From Bryobacteraceae bacterium (GTDB lineage Bacteria > Acidobacteriota > Terriglobia > Bryobacterales > Bryobacteraceae), in the NCBI GenBank assembly GCA_019686145.1, contig JADGHK010000001.1, positions 1-27,102 on the forward strand: DNA of 27,102 bases. The letters run 5' to 3'. A model generated the notes under the pieces. The model was not told the DNA's origin, made no database searches, and worked only from the letters and a program-made list of their open reading frames with translations. The translations under genes were made by a program, and so were the position numbers. Shown here piece by piece: positions 9,635 to 18,447 of the stretch. The stretch's first letter is position 1; the number at the start of each line of letters is the position of its first letter.

Positions 9635-11101
9635 GTGAAGAGCAAAGGCGCCCTGGGGCGAGCCCTGAACGGAAGTGTACTGGCTGTACTCGTTCTGGTT
9701 ACGATTCTCGGAACGAGTTCCATCGTTGTGAGTCGCAATCTCGGCTCGCGCCTCGACGAGGCCATCAACAACACGGCCCGGCAGCAGATGATCGCCGGAC
9801 AGATCAGCACGGCGGCTGCCGACCTGGTGGCGATCGAGCGAGGGCTCGCCACCGCGACGCTGCTGCAGAAGCCGGAAGCCGCCGAAGCCTTCAAGCGGGA
9901 CTTCGAGGCTTCCGATGACCTGACGCGCCGGCTTTTGGATGAATTCCTGGGGCTTTCTCTCGCTCCGTCGACGAGATCGCTTGTCGAAGACCTGAAGGCG
10001 GACCATGCTGCCGCGGGCCGCATGCACGAGACGATCATCGCCGCAATGCAGCGCCAGGAGATGGACAAAGCTCTCCAGATGCTCGAATCCGGGCTGCTGC
10101 CGAAGCTTCAGCAGGTCAGCTCGGGTGCCAAGAAGCTGGTGCAGGAGCAGGGAGAACAACTGAAGCACGTATCGGAGTCGACCGCCTCGACGGAGCTGAT
10201 CAGCCTGATTGTGACAGTTGGCGTCACGCTCATCTGCCTGGCGATGGGAGGAGTGGCGTTCATGGTCGTGCGCAGAACCACCCGGACGCTGCGCTCTATC
10301 AGCACCAGGCTCGCCGACTGCGCCGAACACGTTTCACTCGGCTCGAATCAGATCACTGCTGCGAGCCGGACGCTCGCCGAAGGGGCTGCCCGGCAGGCAG
10401 CGTCGCTTGAAGAAACGTCCGCGTCGAGCCAGGAGATGAGCTCGCTCACGCAGCGCAACGCTGAAAGCACGCGCCAGGCGACTGCGCTCATGGATCAGGT
10501 CGACGCCGAGGTGAGAAACGCCAACATCACCCTGGAGCAGATGCTTCAGAGCATGAACGAAATCCGCGGTTCGAGCGAGAAGATCGCGAGAATTATCAAA
10601 GTCATCGACGAAATCTCGTTCCAGACCAACATCCTCGCGTTGAACGCCGCGGTTGAGGCAGCCAGAGCGGGTGAAGCCGGCATGGGATTCGCCGTGGTTG
10701 CAGAAGAAGTTCGCAACCTGGCCGGGCGCTGCGCTACCGCAGCACGCGACACCGCAGCCCTGATCGAGGAATCCATTCAGACATCCGCGACGGGAGCTGA
10801 GAAGCTGAACATGATGGCGAGCGCCATTCAGAGCATCACGCGGAGTGCGGAGCGCGTTCGGACGATTGTCCAGCAGGTGAACGCCGGCAGCGAAGAGCAG
10901 GCCCGTGGCATCGAGCACGTCGCTTCTGCTCTCAATCAAATCGAGCGCGTGACGCAGCAGAACGCCTCCAGCTCTCAGGAGTCCGCTTCCGCCAGCGAGT
11001 CCATGCGAAGCCAGGCGGACAGGCTACTCGAGGTGGTTGGTCAACTCGTTGCGCTCGTGGGTGAGAGCGAAGCAGCGGAAGGGGCCCGAAGAAGGGCTTG
11101 A
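9635..11101 (+). CDS. Methyl-accepting chemotaxis protein
   Basis: Two TM helices flanking a ~160-aa helical sensor domain; signalling hairpin [44 protein letters not shown]; GTG start with GGAGG SD. Confidence 0.96.
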   Translation: MKSKGALGRALNGSVLAVLVLVTILGTSSIVVSRNLGSRLDEAINNTARQQMIAGQISTAAADLVAIERGLATATLLQKPEAAEAFKRDFEASDDLTRRLLDEFLGLSLAPSTRSLVEDLKADHAAAGRMHETIIAAMQRQEMDKALQMLESGLLPKLQQVSSGAKKLVQEQGEQLKHVSESTASTELISLIVTVGVTLICLAMGGVAFMVVRRTTRTLRSISTRLADCAEHVSLGSNQITAASRTLAEGAARQAASLEETSASSQEMSSLTQRNAESTRQATALMDQVDAEVRNANITLEQMLQSMNEIRGSSEKIARIIKVIDEISFQTNILALNAAVEAARAGEAGMGFAVVAEEVRNLAGRCATAARDTAALIEESIQTSATGAEKLNMMASAIQSITRSAERVRTIVQQVNAGSEEQARGIEHVASALNQIERVTQQNASSSQESASASESMRSQADRLLEVVGQLVALVGESEAAEGARRRA

Positions 11102-11116
11102 ATCTCCGTCGGGATA

Positions 11117-11145
11117 CGATGAGCCGCAGCCGATGCGGCTCATCG
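11117..11145. terminator. Perfect 12-bp inverted repeat between convergent genes, probably a bidirectional terminator or mRNA-end hairpin
   Basis: CGATGAGCCGCA-gccga-TGCGGCTCATCG between the MCP stop (11101) and the BON stop (11147); no clear U-tract. Confidence 0.65.
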
Positions 11146-11146
11146 C

Positions 11147-11449
11147 CTAAAGCGGGAGAGAGCTCTTCACCTGCAATTGGTTGTTTACCGCTCGCACTCC
11201 CTTCACTTTCTTGGCGAGCTTTTCCGCTTTCTGCCGGGCTTTTTCCTTGTCCACTGTTCCTTTCAGCGTGACAACGCCGTCCTTCACGTCCACCGTAAGC
11301 GCTCCGCCCTTTACTTCCGGATCGCTGACTAACCGCTGCCTCACCCTGTCGTAGATTTCATCGTCCGATTTCCCGTCCTGAGCAGAAAGCGCTGATACCG
11401 AAGAAAGCGCGATCAGCATAGCCAGGAGGAGAGATAGCAAAAGCTTCAT
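11147..11449 (-). CDS. Exported single BON-domain protein
   Basis: Signal peptide, then DDEIYDRVRQRL...LTVDVKDGVVTLKGTV...AEKLAKKVKGVRAVNNQLQV. Confidence 0.92.
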   Translation of the reverse strand: MKLLLSLLLAMLIALSSVSALSAQDGKSDDEIYDRVRQRLVSDPEVKGGALTVDVKDGVVTLKGTVDKEKARQKAEKLAKKVKGVRAVNNQLQVKSSLPL

Positions 11450-12378
11450 TCTTCCTTCGCCTCAATACCGGCCACGGTGTGCCAGTCCAACTCGTTGAGA
11501 AACTCGTTGTTCTCGCGCCAGCCGGGCCGCACTTTCACATACAGTTCGAGAAAGATCTTCCGGCCGAGCAAAGCTTCCATTTCCTGACGGGCCGCAGTGC
11601 CAATTTTCTTCAGCATGGCGCCCTTGGCCCCGATCACGATCGCTTTCTGGCCTTCCTTCTCTACATAAATCGTAGCGCTGATTCTGGTAAGCCGGGGTGT
11701 TTCTTCCCAGTAGTCGATCAGGACCGCAGCCGAATGCGGCACTTCCTGCCGGGTTTCGTGAAGGACCTTCTCGCGTATCAGCTCCGCGCAGAGAAAACGC
11801 TCCGGCTGATCGGTAAGGTAGTCGGAAGGGAAATACTGGGGACCTTCGGGGAGCCGCTCGATCAGCATGGACCGCAGCTCGTCCAACCCCTCCCCGGTTC
11901 GCGCTGAAATCGGCAGATACTCTGCGAAGTCGTACAGCTCGCGGTAGCGATCGAAAAGCGGCAGCAATGGGCTCTTGTCCTTCAGCTTGTCGATCTTATT
12001 TGCGAGCAGAATGACGGGAGTGTCGACGCGGCGGATCATGTCGACTGCCTCTGCATCCCGCTCCTGGAACGGAAGCGTGGCGTCCACGAGAAACAGCAGC
12101 AGATCCCTGCCGTCCAGGGCTGCCCGCACCGATTCCATCATACGTTTGTTGAACGTGGTATCGGAGCGATGGATTCCAGGCGTGTCAAGGAAGACCACCT
12201 GTGCATTCGGAAGCGTCAGAACGCCCTGAATGGAGGTTCGCGTCGTCTGGGGCTTATCGGCGACGATCGCCAGCTTGGTCCCGACGAGGGTGTTCAGCAA
12301 CGTGGATTTGCCTGTATTGGGCCTGCCGACAATCGAGACGAAGCCGGAAACAAAACGATCGCTAGGTGTTGTAGCCAT
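11446..12378 (-). CDS. era: GTPase Era
   Basis: GRPNTGKST, KPQTTR, DTPG, NKID and KH domain VIGAKGAMLKKIG. Start moved to ATG 12378 (MATTPSDRFVSG). Confidence 0.97.
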   Translation of the reverse strand: MATTPSDRFVSGFVSIVGRPNTGKSTLLNTLVGTKLAIVADKPQTTRTSIQGVLTLPNAQVVFLDTPGIHRSDTTFNKRMMESVRAALDGRDLLLFLVDATLPFQERDAEAVDMIRRVDTPVILLANKIDKLKDKSPLLPLFDRYRELYDFAEYLPISARTGEGLDELRSMLIERLPEGPQYFPSDYLTDQPERFLCAELIREKVLHETRQEVPHSAAVLIDYWEETPRLTRISATIYVEKEGQKAIVIGAKGAMLKKIGTAARQEMEALLGRKIFLELYVKVRPGWRENNEFLNELDWHTVAGIEAKEE

Positions 12379-13642
12379 CTTTCGTTGCCGTTTCTTTAGG
12401 AATGCGCGAAATGCGAACCTGCTCAACGCGCAATTCATTGCCGGCAAGCACCTCGATACGGATCCCGTCCCGTTCGACAACCTCTCCCGGAGCGGGAACA
12501 CGACCCAGCCATTCGCTTACCAGACCGCCGACCGTCGTGGACTCTGTCTCAGCTTCAGGGCGGAACTCCACCAGGTCGCTTAAATGATCCAGGTCGAAGC
12601 TGCCTGAAACGACGTAAGCGCCGCTATCTTCCACGGTGATATCCCGTGCCGGTTCGTGTTCGTCCCGTATCTCGCCGAAGATCTCTTCCACCAGATCTTC
12701 CATTGTCACGATCCCTGCGGTGTTGCCGTACTCATCCACTACAACTACCATATGGGTTCCGTCACGCTGCATTTCGCGCAGCAGGTCGTCGACGGCTTTC
12801 GTCTCAGGCACCGGGCGGATGGGACGCAAAAGCTCGCGGACCGTGTGACTCTCTCTCGTATCGGGATCGACTTCAAACATGTCGCGAACATGGACGAAGC
12901 CGATAATGTGGTCGATATCGCCTTCATAGACCGGGATTCGCGAGTATTGTTCGTGCACGACGAGCTGGCGGAGCTGCTCCAGAGACTTGTCGCTCGGGAT
13001 GGCGATGATATTGGGGCGGGGAGTCATCACCTCGCGGACCTGCTTGTCGCCGAACGACATCACAGATTGAATCAGCTTCCGGTCTTCTTCCTCGATAATG
13101 CCTTCTTCCGTGCCGGCCGTAATCAGCGCGTCAATGTGTTCGGCTGAATTCGCCTCCTCTTCCGGATGCTCCTTGCCGTTCCCGATTTCAACCAGCGTCT
13201 GGAAGAACGTAAGCACGCTGATGAGCGGGCGCGTTACGATCGTCACCAGTTTGAGCGCCGGGAGAACCGGCAGGATCCAGTGGCCGCTCGTTCGCTTGTA
13301 AAGCGCCTGGGGAATCAGGTAGGAGCCGGTAATGAGAGCCACCCATGAGAGCACGAAGGTTTCCGTGAAGGTCTGCCAGAACGGCGGTCCCTGGACCTGC
13401 ACGAGTGAGAGGATCACCAGCGTGAGAAGCGCCAGTGTGCTGTGTTTGAGCACAGAGAATGTAAGTGCTCCCTGATCGCCCTTCAGTCCCAGACGGTCTT
13501 CCAATTCTTCCTTGAAGTATGTAAGAGCCGCGGACTCCCGCACGAGGAGACGCAGCGATTCCAGATAGAGGTGCTGGAGATATGCGGTCAGAATCAGGAA
13601 CAGATAGAGGACGACTGCAACCGCGCCTAGCAATACAATCAT
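12362..13642 (-). CDS. Hemolysin/CorC-family protein (N-terminal TM region, CBS pair, CorC_HlyC domain)
   Basis: N-terminal TM helices, VREVMTPR, YSRIPVYEGDIDHIIG, VVVDEYGNTAGIVTMEDLVEEIFGEIRDEH and TTVGGLV...GRVP. Confidence 0.93.
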   Translation of the reverse strand: MIVLLGAVAVVLYLFLILTAYLQHLYLESLRLLVRESAALTYFKEELEDRLGLKGDQGALTFSVLKHSTLALLTLVILSLVQVQGPPFWQTFTETFVLSWVALITGSYLIPQALYKRTSGHWILPVLPALKLVTIVTRPLISVLTFFQTLVEIGNGKEHPEEEANSAEHIDALITAGTEEGIIEEEDRKLIQSVMSFGDKQVREVMTPRPNIIAIPSDKSLEQLRQLVVHEQYSRIPVYEGDIDHIIGFVHVRDMFEVDPDTRESHTVRELLRPIRPVPETKAVDDLLREMQRDGTHMVVVVDEYGNTAGIVTMEDLVEEIFGEIRDEHEPARDITVEDSGAYVVSGSFDLDHLSDLVEFRPEAETESTTVGGLVSEWLGRVPAPGEVVERDGIRIEVLAGNELRVEQVRISRIPKETATKDGYNT

Positions 13643-14085
13643 CGCCGCCCTCGCTCAATCAGGCCGTCAGGCAAATCGAACTTCTTGCGCCATCTTGCCT
13701 CTGCCCGGGCCATCTGGCCGCGGTCCGTCTCGTGGTCCATGCCGAGCAGGTGCAGCAGGCCGTGAAGCATCAGGATGCGGATTTCCGTCTCGCGGTCATG
13801 TCCAAACTCACGCGCCTGTTCTGCCGCGCGCTGGACGGAGATCGCCATCTCTCCGAGAGCTTCGCCGTCGAGCGCGGGAAATGAGAGAACATCCGTCGGG
13901 TAATCCTTTCCGAGGAAGTCGCGGTTTAACCTGCGAAGCTCACGATCGTCGGTAAGCAGACAGAAGAAGGGCTTGCCCTGCGCGACTTCTCGCCGCAGCA
14001 GATCGGCAAACTTCCTCAGCTCGCCTCGCTTCAGATCCCGAGGGGTGCGAAGGTACAGCAGCGGACTACTATCACCGGGAGACAT
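13639..14085 (-). CDS. ybeY: rRNA maturation endoribonuclease YbeY
   Basis: LNRDFLGKDYPTDVLSFP, LGEMAIS and HGLLHLLGMDH (H-x3-H-x5-H). Confidence 0.96.
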   Translation of the reverse strand: MSPGDSSPLLYLRTPRDLKRGELRKFADLLRREVAQGKPFFCLLTDDRELRRLNRDFLGKDYPTDVLSFPALDGEALGEMAISVQRAAEQAREFGHDRETEIRILMLHGLLHLLGMDHETDRGQMARAEARWRKKFDLPDGLIERGRR

Positions 14086-14094
14086 CAGGTCTAA

Positions 14095-15162
14095 TCAGGC
14101 GCTCGGAAGCTCGGAGGCGGACGGAGCGCCTGAAGGCGGTAGGGACATACTTCGCTGCGACGCCTGCCGCTCGCCGGAGTCTGTGAGATTCAGCTTGAGC
14201 GAAAGCTGATGGCCGGTGTGCGCCTCGTGGTAGCTTTCGTAGGCTTTCACGATGCGCTGCACCAGCGTGTGCCGGACCACATCTTTCTCATCAAAGTGAA
14301 TGAAGCTAATACCCTCGACGCCTTTGAGTACGTCCATTGCGTCAACAAGACCGCTCTTACGGCCCGCCGGCAAATCGATCTGAGTCACATCGCCGGTCAC
14401 GACCATTTTGGAGTTGAAACCGGTGCGAGTCAGCACCATTTTCATCTGCTCGGTGGTGCTGTTCTGTGCCTCATCGAGGATGATAAAGCTGTCGTTGAGC
14501 GTACGCCCGCGCATGAAAGCGATCGGCGCCACCTCGATCACGTTCCGTTCGAGCAGCTTCTCAACCTTTTCTGAATCCAGCATGTCGTACAAGGCATCGT
14601 ACAGGGGGCGGAGGTACGGATCGACCTTCTCCTGCAACGTGCCCGGCAGGAAGCCAAGCCGTTCGCCTGCTTCGACTGCAGGCCGGGTCAGAATGATCCT
14701 CGAAACCCGCTTTCCGAGCAGCGCTGAGACTCCCATCGCGACGGCAAGATACGTCTTACCCGTACCGGCTGGACCGATGCCGAAGACGAGGTCGTGCCGC
14801 TCAATTGCGTCGATATAACGCCGCTGGTTCAGCGTCTTTGGCGCCAGAACCTTCTTGCCAAAGCTACGCTGGCGCCCGCTTTCGACAAGACCCCGGAGAG
14901 TGGCGTCGCTATCGGCGGTCAGGACGCGGAGGTAGCTGTTCAGGTCGCCGTTGCTGAACTGATGTCCCTCTCGTATCAGGTTGAAGTAGTCCAACAAGAT
15001 ACTTTGAGCGCGGGAGGCGTTTTCCGCATCTCCCTCAATCTCCAGGGAGTCATCGAGCAGGCGAGTTTTGACTTTCAAACCGTCTTCAAGAAGACGGATA
15101 TTTTCATCGCGGGTCCCGAAAAGGGACTCGATGCCGCGGCTGGTCTGCACGCTTACTTTCAT
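14095..15162 (-). CDS. phoH: PhoH family ATPase (PhoH/YbeZ)
   Basis: GPAGTGKTYLA, RPAVEAGERLGFLPG, LRPLYDAL, RGRTL, LDEAQN and GDVTQIDL motifs. Confidence 0.96.
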   Translation of the reverse strand: MKVSVQTSRGIESLFGTRDENIRLLEDGLKVKTRLLDDSLEIEGDAENASRAQSILLDYFNLIREGHQFSNGDLNSYLRVLTADSDATLRGLVESGRQRSFGKKVLAPKTLNQRRYIDAIERHDLVFGIGPAGTGKTYLAVAMGVSALLGKRVSRIILTRPAVEAGERLGFLPGTLQEKVDPYLRPLYDALYDMLDSEKVEKLLERNVIEVAPIAFMRGRTLNDSFIILDEAQNSTTEQMKMVLTRTGFNSKMVVTGDVTQIDLPAGRKSGLVDAMDVLKGVEGISFIHFDEKDVVRHTLVQRIVKAYESYHEAHTGHQLSLKLNLTDSGERQASQRSMSLPPSGAPSASELPSA

Positions 15163-15298
15163 CTGTTGTTCGGGGAGCGCTTCACACGCAACAAACGCCC
15201 GCTTCCTGGGCGTACTGACGGTTCAGGGGGTACACGAATCACGTTGGGTGGGATAACGAACACCGGCGTCCGCGAGCGCGGAAGGGATAGTAACATCC
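15163..15298 (-). other. Candidate structured 5' leader of the phoH operon
   Basis: Lies between a clear promoter and the phoH ATG. Hairpins at 15285-15298 (GGAUG-UUAC-UAUCC), 15269-15282 (UCCGC-GCUC-GCGGA) and 15195-15213 (ACGCCC-7 nt-GGGCGU, running into UUUGUU). No Rfam family recognised. Confidence 0.4.
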
Positions 15299-15304
15299 TG
15301 TTTC

Positions 15305-15334
15305 AGTATAGCAGACGATACCGGGTGAACTCAA
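15305..15334 (-). promoter_or_regulatory. Sigma70-type promoter for phoH-ybeY-corC-era-BON
   Basis: TTGAGT (15334-15329), 18 nt, TATACT (15310-15305), with the extended -10 TG (TGcTATACT). Confidence 0.7.
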
Positions 15335-15534
15335 TGAAAAAGATCGCCGGGCGGCGCGTAGGGGCCCACGTGGCTGGTTCCATGCCGTATAGCAGTACTC
15401 GGCATGCGGATGGAGCATACGGATCGCTTCGAGGAACATAGCGCATTCGTGCTGCGGGAACGCAAAATCAGGCTTGCCAGGAATGCGTGGGCGCGCGCCT
15501 GCGGGTTACGATACGGACAGTGAGGTGCCATGCC

Positions 15535-17208
15535 ATGCGCCGGCTGATCCTCCTTTTGGGCCTTCCGGTTCTGCTGCACGCAGGCTGGACTGAGTTTCGC
15601 TCCGGTCCCTTCAACGTTGTCACTGATGCGGGAGACCGTGAGGCGCGGGAAGTGCTTGCCCACCTCGAGCAGTTGCGACATACGGTCGGGACTCTGCTTG
15701 GCAAGCCTGACGCCACTTCCGTCTGGCCGATCCGGATCGTTCTTTTTCGGAACAGCAAGGATGCCGCTCGCTACGCCGGACCGCCTCTGGCTTTGGCCAG
15801 GGACGAACTTGTAGCTGCCGCTGTGGCCCGACAGCCTCTTCCTCGGGAACTGAACCGGGCAGTGACGCGCTGGATCATCGAATCGGCTGCCGAGGCGCGA
15901 ATGCCGGACGGCATCGAGCAGGGGCTGGCGGATTTGCTGTCAACCATCGAGGTGCGCGCCACGCGGGTCACGATCGGCGCTCCTCTGCCGCCTGCTGAAC
16001 GAAACCGTGAATGGGCCCGTTTGCACATGATGGCCACGCTGCCGGATTACAGCGGAAAGGTGAGAGTCCTGCTTTCCAATCTCCAGCGAGGGCTGGATCG
16101 GGAGCCCGCATACAAGAACGCTTTCGAGAAGACGCCGGCGGAAATGGATAAGGAAGTGGACGCATACCTCGCTGCGGGGAATTTCCAGACAGCTCCGTTT
16201 TCCGGCCGCCCTCTCGATCCCGAACGTCAATTTCGTCCCCGGGAAGTGGATGATCAGGAAGCCGCGATTCGCCTCGCAGATCTCCTGCTGGCGGATTCAT
16301 CCAAAGACGGCCAGGCTGCACAAGCCTGCAAGGCGATTCTGAACAGGAACGCGTCCTGCCCTGAGGCGCACGAATGTCTGGGACTGCTCGCATTGAGGGC
16401 GGGCGAGATGGCCACGGCCCGGCAGGAATTGCAGGCATCGCTGAGCGAGGAGAATCGGAGCGCGCGCGCCCGGTTGGAACTGGCTCTGCTCACGGAGGAC
16501 AGTGCCCGTGCGAAGGAATTGTTCGAAGCCGCAGCGAAACTCAACCCCCGCTGGCCGGATCCCTACCGGCTGATGGCGGAGCGGGAACCGAACCCGAACC
16601 GTAAGGCGGGACTGCTGAAGCAAGCCGCCTCGCTCGCCCGCCGCGACGCCGCTCTGTGGCGCGCGTACGCGGAATCCCTTCTTCCTTTGAACCAGTTTGC
16701 CGAAGCAGGGAGGGCGTGGCTTGCTGCCGAGCGGGCCTCGGTCGACGAGAACGAACGGGCGGCGATTCGTCAGGCGCGGCTGGATATTGACGTGAAGCGC
16801 CGCGAGCACGAAGAGGCGGAGCGCCGCCGCGCCGCGGAAGAGGAAGCGCGCGAGCTTCAGAAGCTCAAGGATGAACTGGAGGCCCGAGTGAGAGCCGCCG
16901 AGGCGAAGGCAAATGAAGGGAAGTCCATGCCCAAGGGGGAAATCGTCCAGTGGTGGGACGGCCCGGAGACGTCAAAACTTGAGGGCACGCTCCAGCGCGT
17001 CGACTGCCGGGGAGCGCAGGCCAGGCTGACTCTTCAAAGTGCGGAAGGCAAGGTCGTCCAACTGCTGATCCCGAGGATGAATCAGGTTGTCGTCATGGGC
17101 GGTCCCACCACGCTCGCTTGTGGTCCGCAGCGTCCTGCGAAGCGGGTCAAGCTGGAGTACGTTCCCAAGAAGCCAATCGGCGAAGTTACGATCATCGAAT
17201 TCCAGTAG
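15535..17208 (+). CDS. Exported hypothetical protein: degenerate DUF1570/peptidase-like N-terminus, TPR-like helices, coiled coil, Cys-containing C-terminal beta domain
   Basis: Signal peptide MRRLILLLGLPVLLHA from ATG 15535; helical repeats (EAHECLGLLAL..GE...A, DPYRLMA, LWRAYA); EEAERRRAAEEEARE coiled coil; C-terminal GTLQRVDC...LACG...EVTIIEFQ. Domain calls are by pattern recall. Confidence 0.75.
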   Translation: MRRLILLLGLPVLLHAGWTEFRSGPFNVVTDAGDREAREVLAHLEQLRHTVGTLLGKPDATSVWPIRIVLFRNSKDAARYAGPPLALARDELVAAAVARQPLPRELNRAVTRWIIESAAEARMPDGIEQGLADLLSTIEVRATRVTIGAPLPPAERNREWARLHMMATLPDYSGKVRVLLSNLQRGLDREPAYKNAFEKTPAEMDKEVDAYLAAGNFQTAPFSGRPLDPERQFRPREVDDQEAAIRLADLLLADSSKDGQAAQACKAILNRNASCPEAHECLGLLALRAGEMATARQELQASLSEENRSARARLELALLTEDSARAKELFEAAAKLNPRWPDPYRLMAEREPNPNRKAGLLKQAASLARRDAALWRAYAESLLPLNQFAEAGRAWLAAERASVDENERAAIRQARLDIDVKRREHEEAERRRAAEEEARELQKLKDELEARVRAAEAKANEGKSMPKGEIVQWWDGPETSKLEGTLQRVDCRGAQARLTLQSAEGKVVQLLIPRMNQVVVMGGPTTLACGPQRPAKRVKLEYVPKKPIGEVTIIEFQ

Positions 17209-17256
17209 AATGGCGGCTATGGGGCTTGAGCCGTCTCACATCCGTGGTCTTCTTCG

Positions 17257-18447
17257 ATGATTGGGATTCCCGTGCGGTGGATCGCCGTCATCGTCTTTGT
17301 TCTTTCCTCGTCCCTGAACATGCTGGACCGCCAGATCCTGGCTGCCCTTGCTCCTACGATCAAGGGTGAGTTTCAGCTCTCGGACACGGAGTACGGCTTT
17401 ATCATCACGGCTTTCTCTCTCACGTACGCCGTCGGCGCTCCGCTGGCCGGACTGTTTATTGACCGCGTCGGCTTGAATTTGGGATCGAGCATTACGATTG
17501 CGCTGTGGTCTTTCGCCGGGATCGCCACCGGCCTTGCGACAGGTCTCCGCGGGCTCATCGCGTGCCGCGCGGGATTAGGCCTCTCGGAAGCGGGCGGCAT
17601 ACCGGGAGCGGCCAAAGTGACGGCGGTCTATCTGCCCTCGGAGGAGCGGGCGCTCGGCTCGGCGACAAGCCAGATCGGACTCACGATCGGCGCCGTGTCG
17701 GCTCCGCTTATCGCGAGCTGGGCGTCGGTGCACTACGGGTGGCGATCCGCGTTCTTTCTTACTGGCGCTCTCGGCTTCCTCTGGATTCCTCTGTGGCTGC
17801 TCACGGCACGCCGGGTTCCTGTGTTCAAGGAGCCTCAGCCTCCTCCGTCCATCCCGGTGCGCGACCTCGTTCGCGACGGCCGTCTTTGGCGTCTGGTCCT
17901 CGCCAACATGCTGCTGATGACAATCTACAGCCTGTGGACGAACTGGACCACCATCTACTTTGTCAACGTCTTCCAGATGCCGGAAGCGCAGGCGAACCGG
18001 CAGCTTGTCTGGATCCCGAATCTCACGGCAAGTCTTGGCGGGCTTTCGGGCGGGGCGCTGGCGTTGTGGTGGATACGAAGGGGCGTCGATGTGCTCGCGG
18101 CGCGGATGCGCGTGATCTTGCTGTGCGCTGTGGCGCTGTTATCGACCGCTGCGATCCCCTTCATGCCTTCGCCGGCTCTGGCGACCGCCCTGATCTGCTT
18201 CAGTTATTTTTCCTGCGTTGCCGCGAGCGTGAACATTTACTCGCTGCCGCTCGACCTGTTTGGCTCCGCACGTGCCGCTTTCGCCGTATCCACTCTCACT
18301 TCGGCCTACGGTCTGATGCAGGCGCTTTTTTCACCCATTGCAGGAGCCATTATCGACCGGCACGGATTTCCCCCAGTGTGTATGTTAGTAGCGATACTGC
18401 CTTTGGCCTCATGGGCCACCCTTAGGAGAGCAGCGCGCAAGGCGTGA
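17257..18447 (+). CDS. MFS transporter, ExuT/anion:cation symporter-like
   Basis: RWIAVIVFVLSSSLNMLDRQIL, GLFIDRVG, RAGLGLSEAGGIPGAAK..AVYLPSEERA; about 12 hydrophobic segments. Confidence 0.9.
   Translation: MIGIPVRWIAVIVFVLSSSLNMLDRQILAALAPTIKGEFQLSDTEYGFIITAFSLTYAVGAPLAGLFIDRVGLNLGSSITIALWSFAGIATGLATGLRGLIACRAGLGLSEAGGIPGAAKVTAVYLPSEERALGSATSQIGLTIGAVSAPLIASWASVHYGWRSAFFLTGALGFLWIPLWLLTARRVPVFKEPQPPPSIPVRDLVRDGRLWRLVLANMLLMTIYSLWTNWTTIYFVNVFQMPEAQANRQLVWIPNLTASLGGLSGGALALWWIRRGVDVLAARMRVILLCAVALLSTAAIPFMPSPALATALICFSYFSCVAASVNIYSLPLDLFGSARAAFAVSTLTSAYGLMQALFSPIAGAIIDRHGFPPVCMLVAILPLASWATLRRAARKA

Noticed and set aside
9335-10330. 331-aa antisense ORF over the TonB-C/MCP genes
   Set aside because: Shadow ORF typical of high-GC coding DNA; no motifs, and the opposite strand encodes clear proteins.
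12379-12501. 41-aa N-terminal extension of Era given by the ORF track
   Set aside because: Lies inside the corC/hlyC coding region; the ATG at 12378 gives a normal-length Era.
15171-15213. ZTP (pfl) riboswitch-like words on the plus strand (CGGGGAGCG...CGCCCG...CCTGGGC)
   Set aside because: The 5' GACUGGCG/P2 part is missing, it would overlap the antisense phoH start, and the nearest plus-strand gene is over 300 nt away.
15163-15298. phoH leader as SRP RNA (ffs) or 6S RNA
   Set aside because: UGAACC-GUCAG...AGGAAGC echoes SRP helix 8, but the UCC-GGAA-GGA stem and GNRA loop are absent. GGUGUUCG...CUGAACC echoes 6S, but the region is too short and lacks the complementary 3' arm.
17505-18425. 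306-aa alternate-frame ORF inside the MFS gene
   Set aside because: Arg/Gly/Pro-rich off-frame translation with no domain signal or SD.
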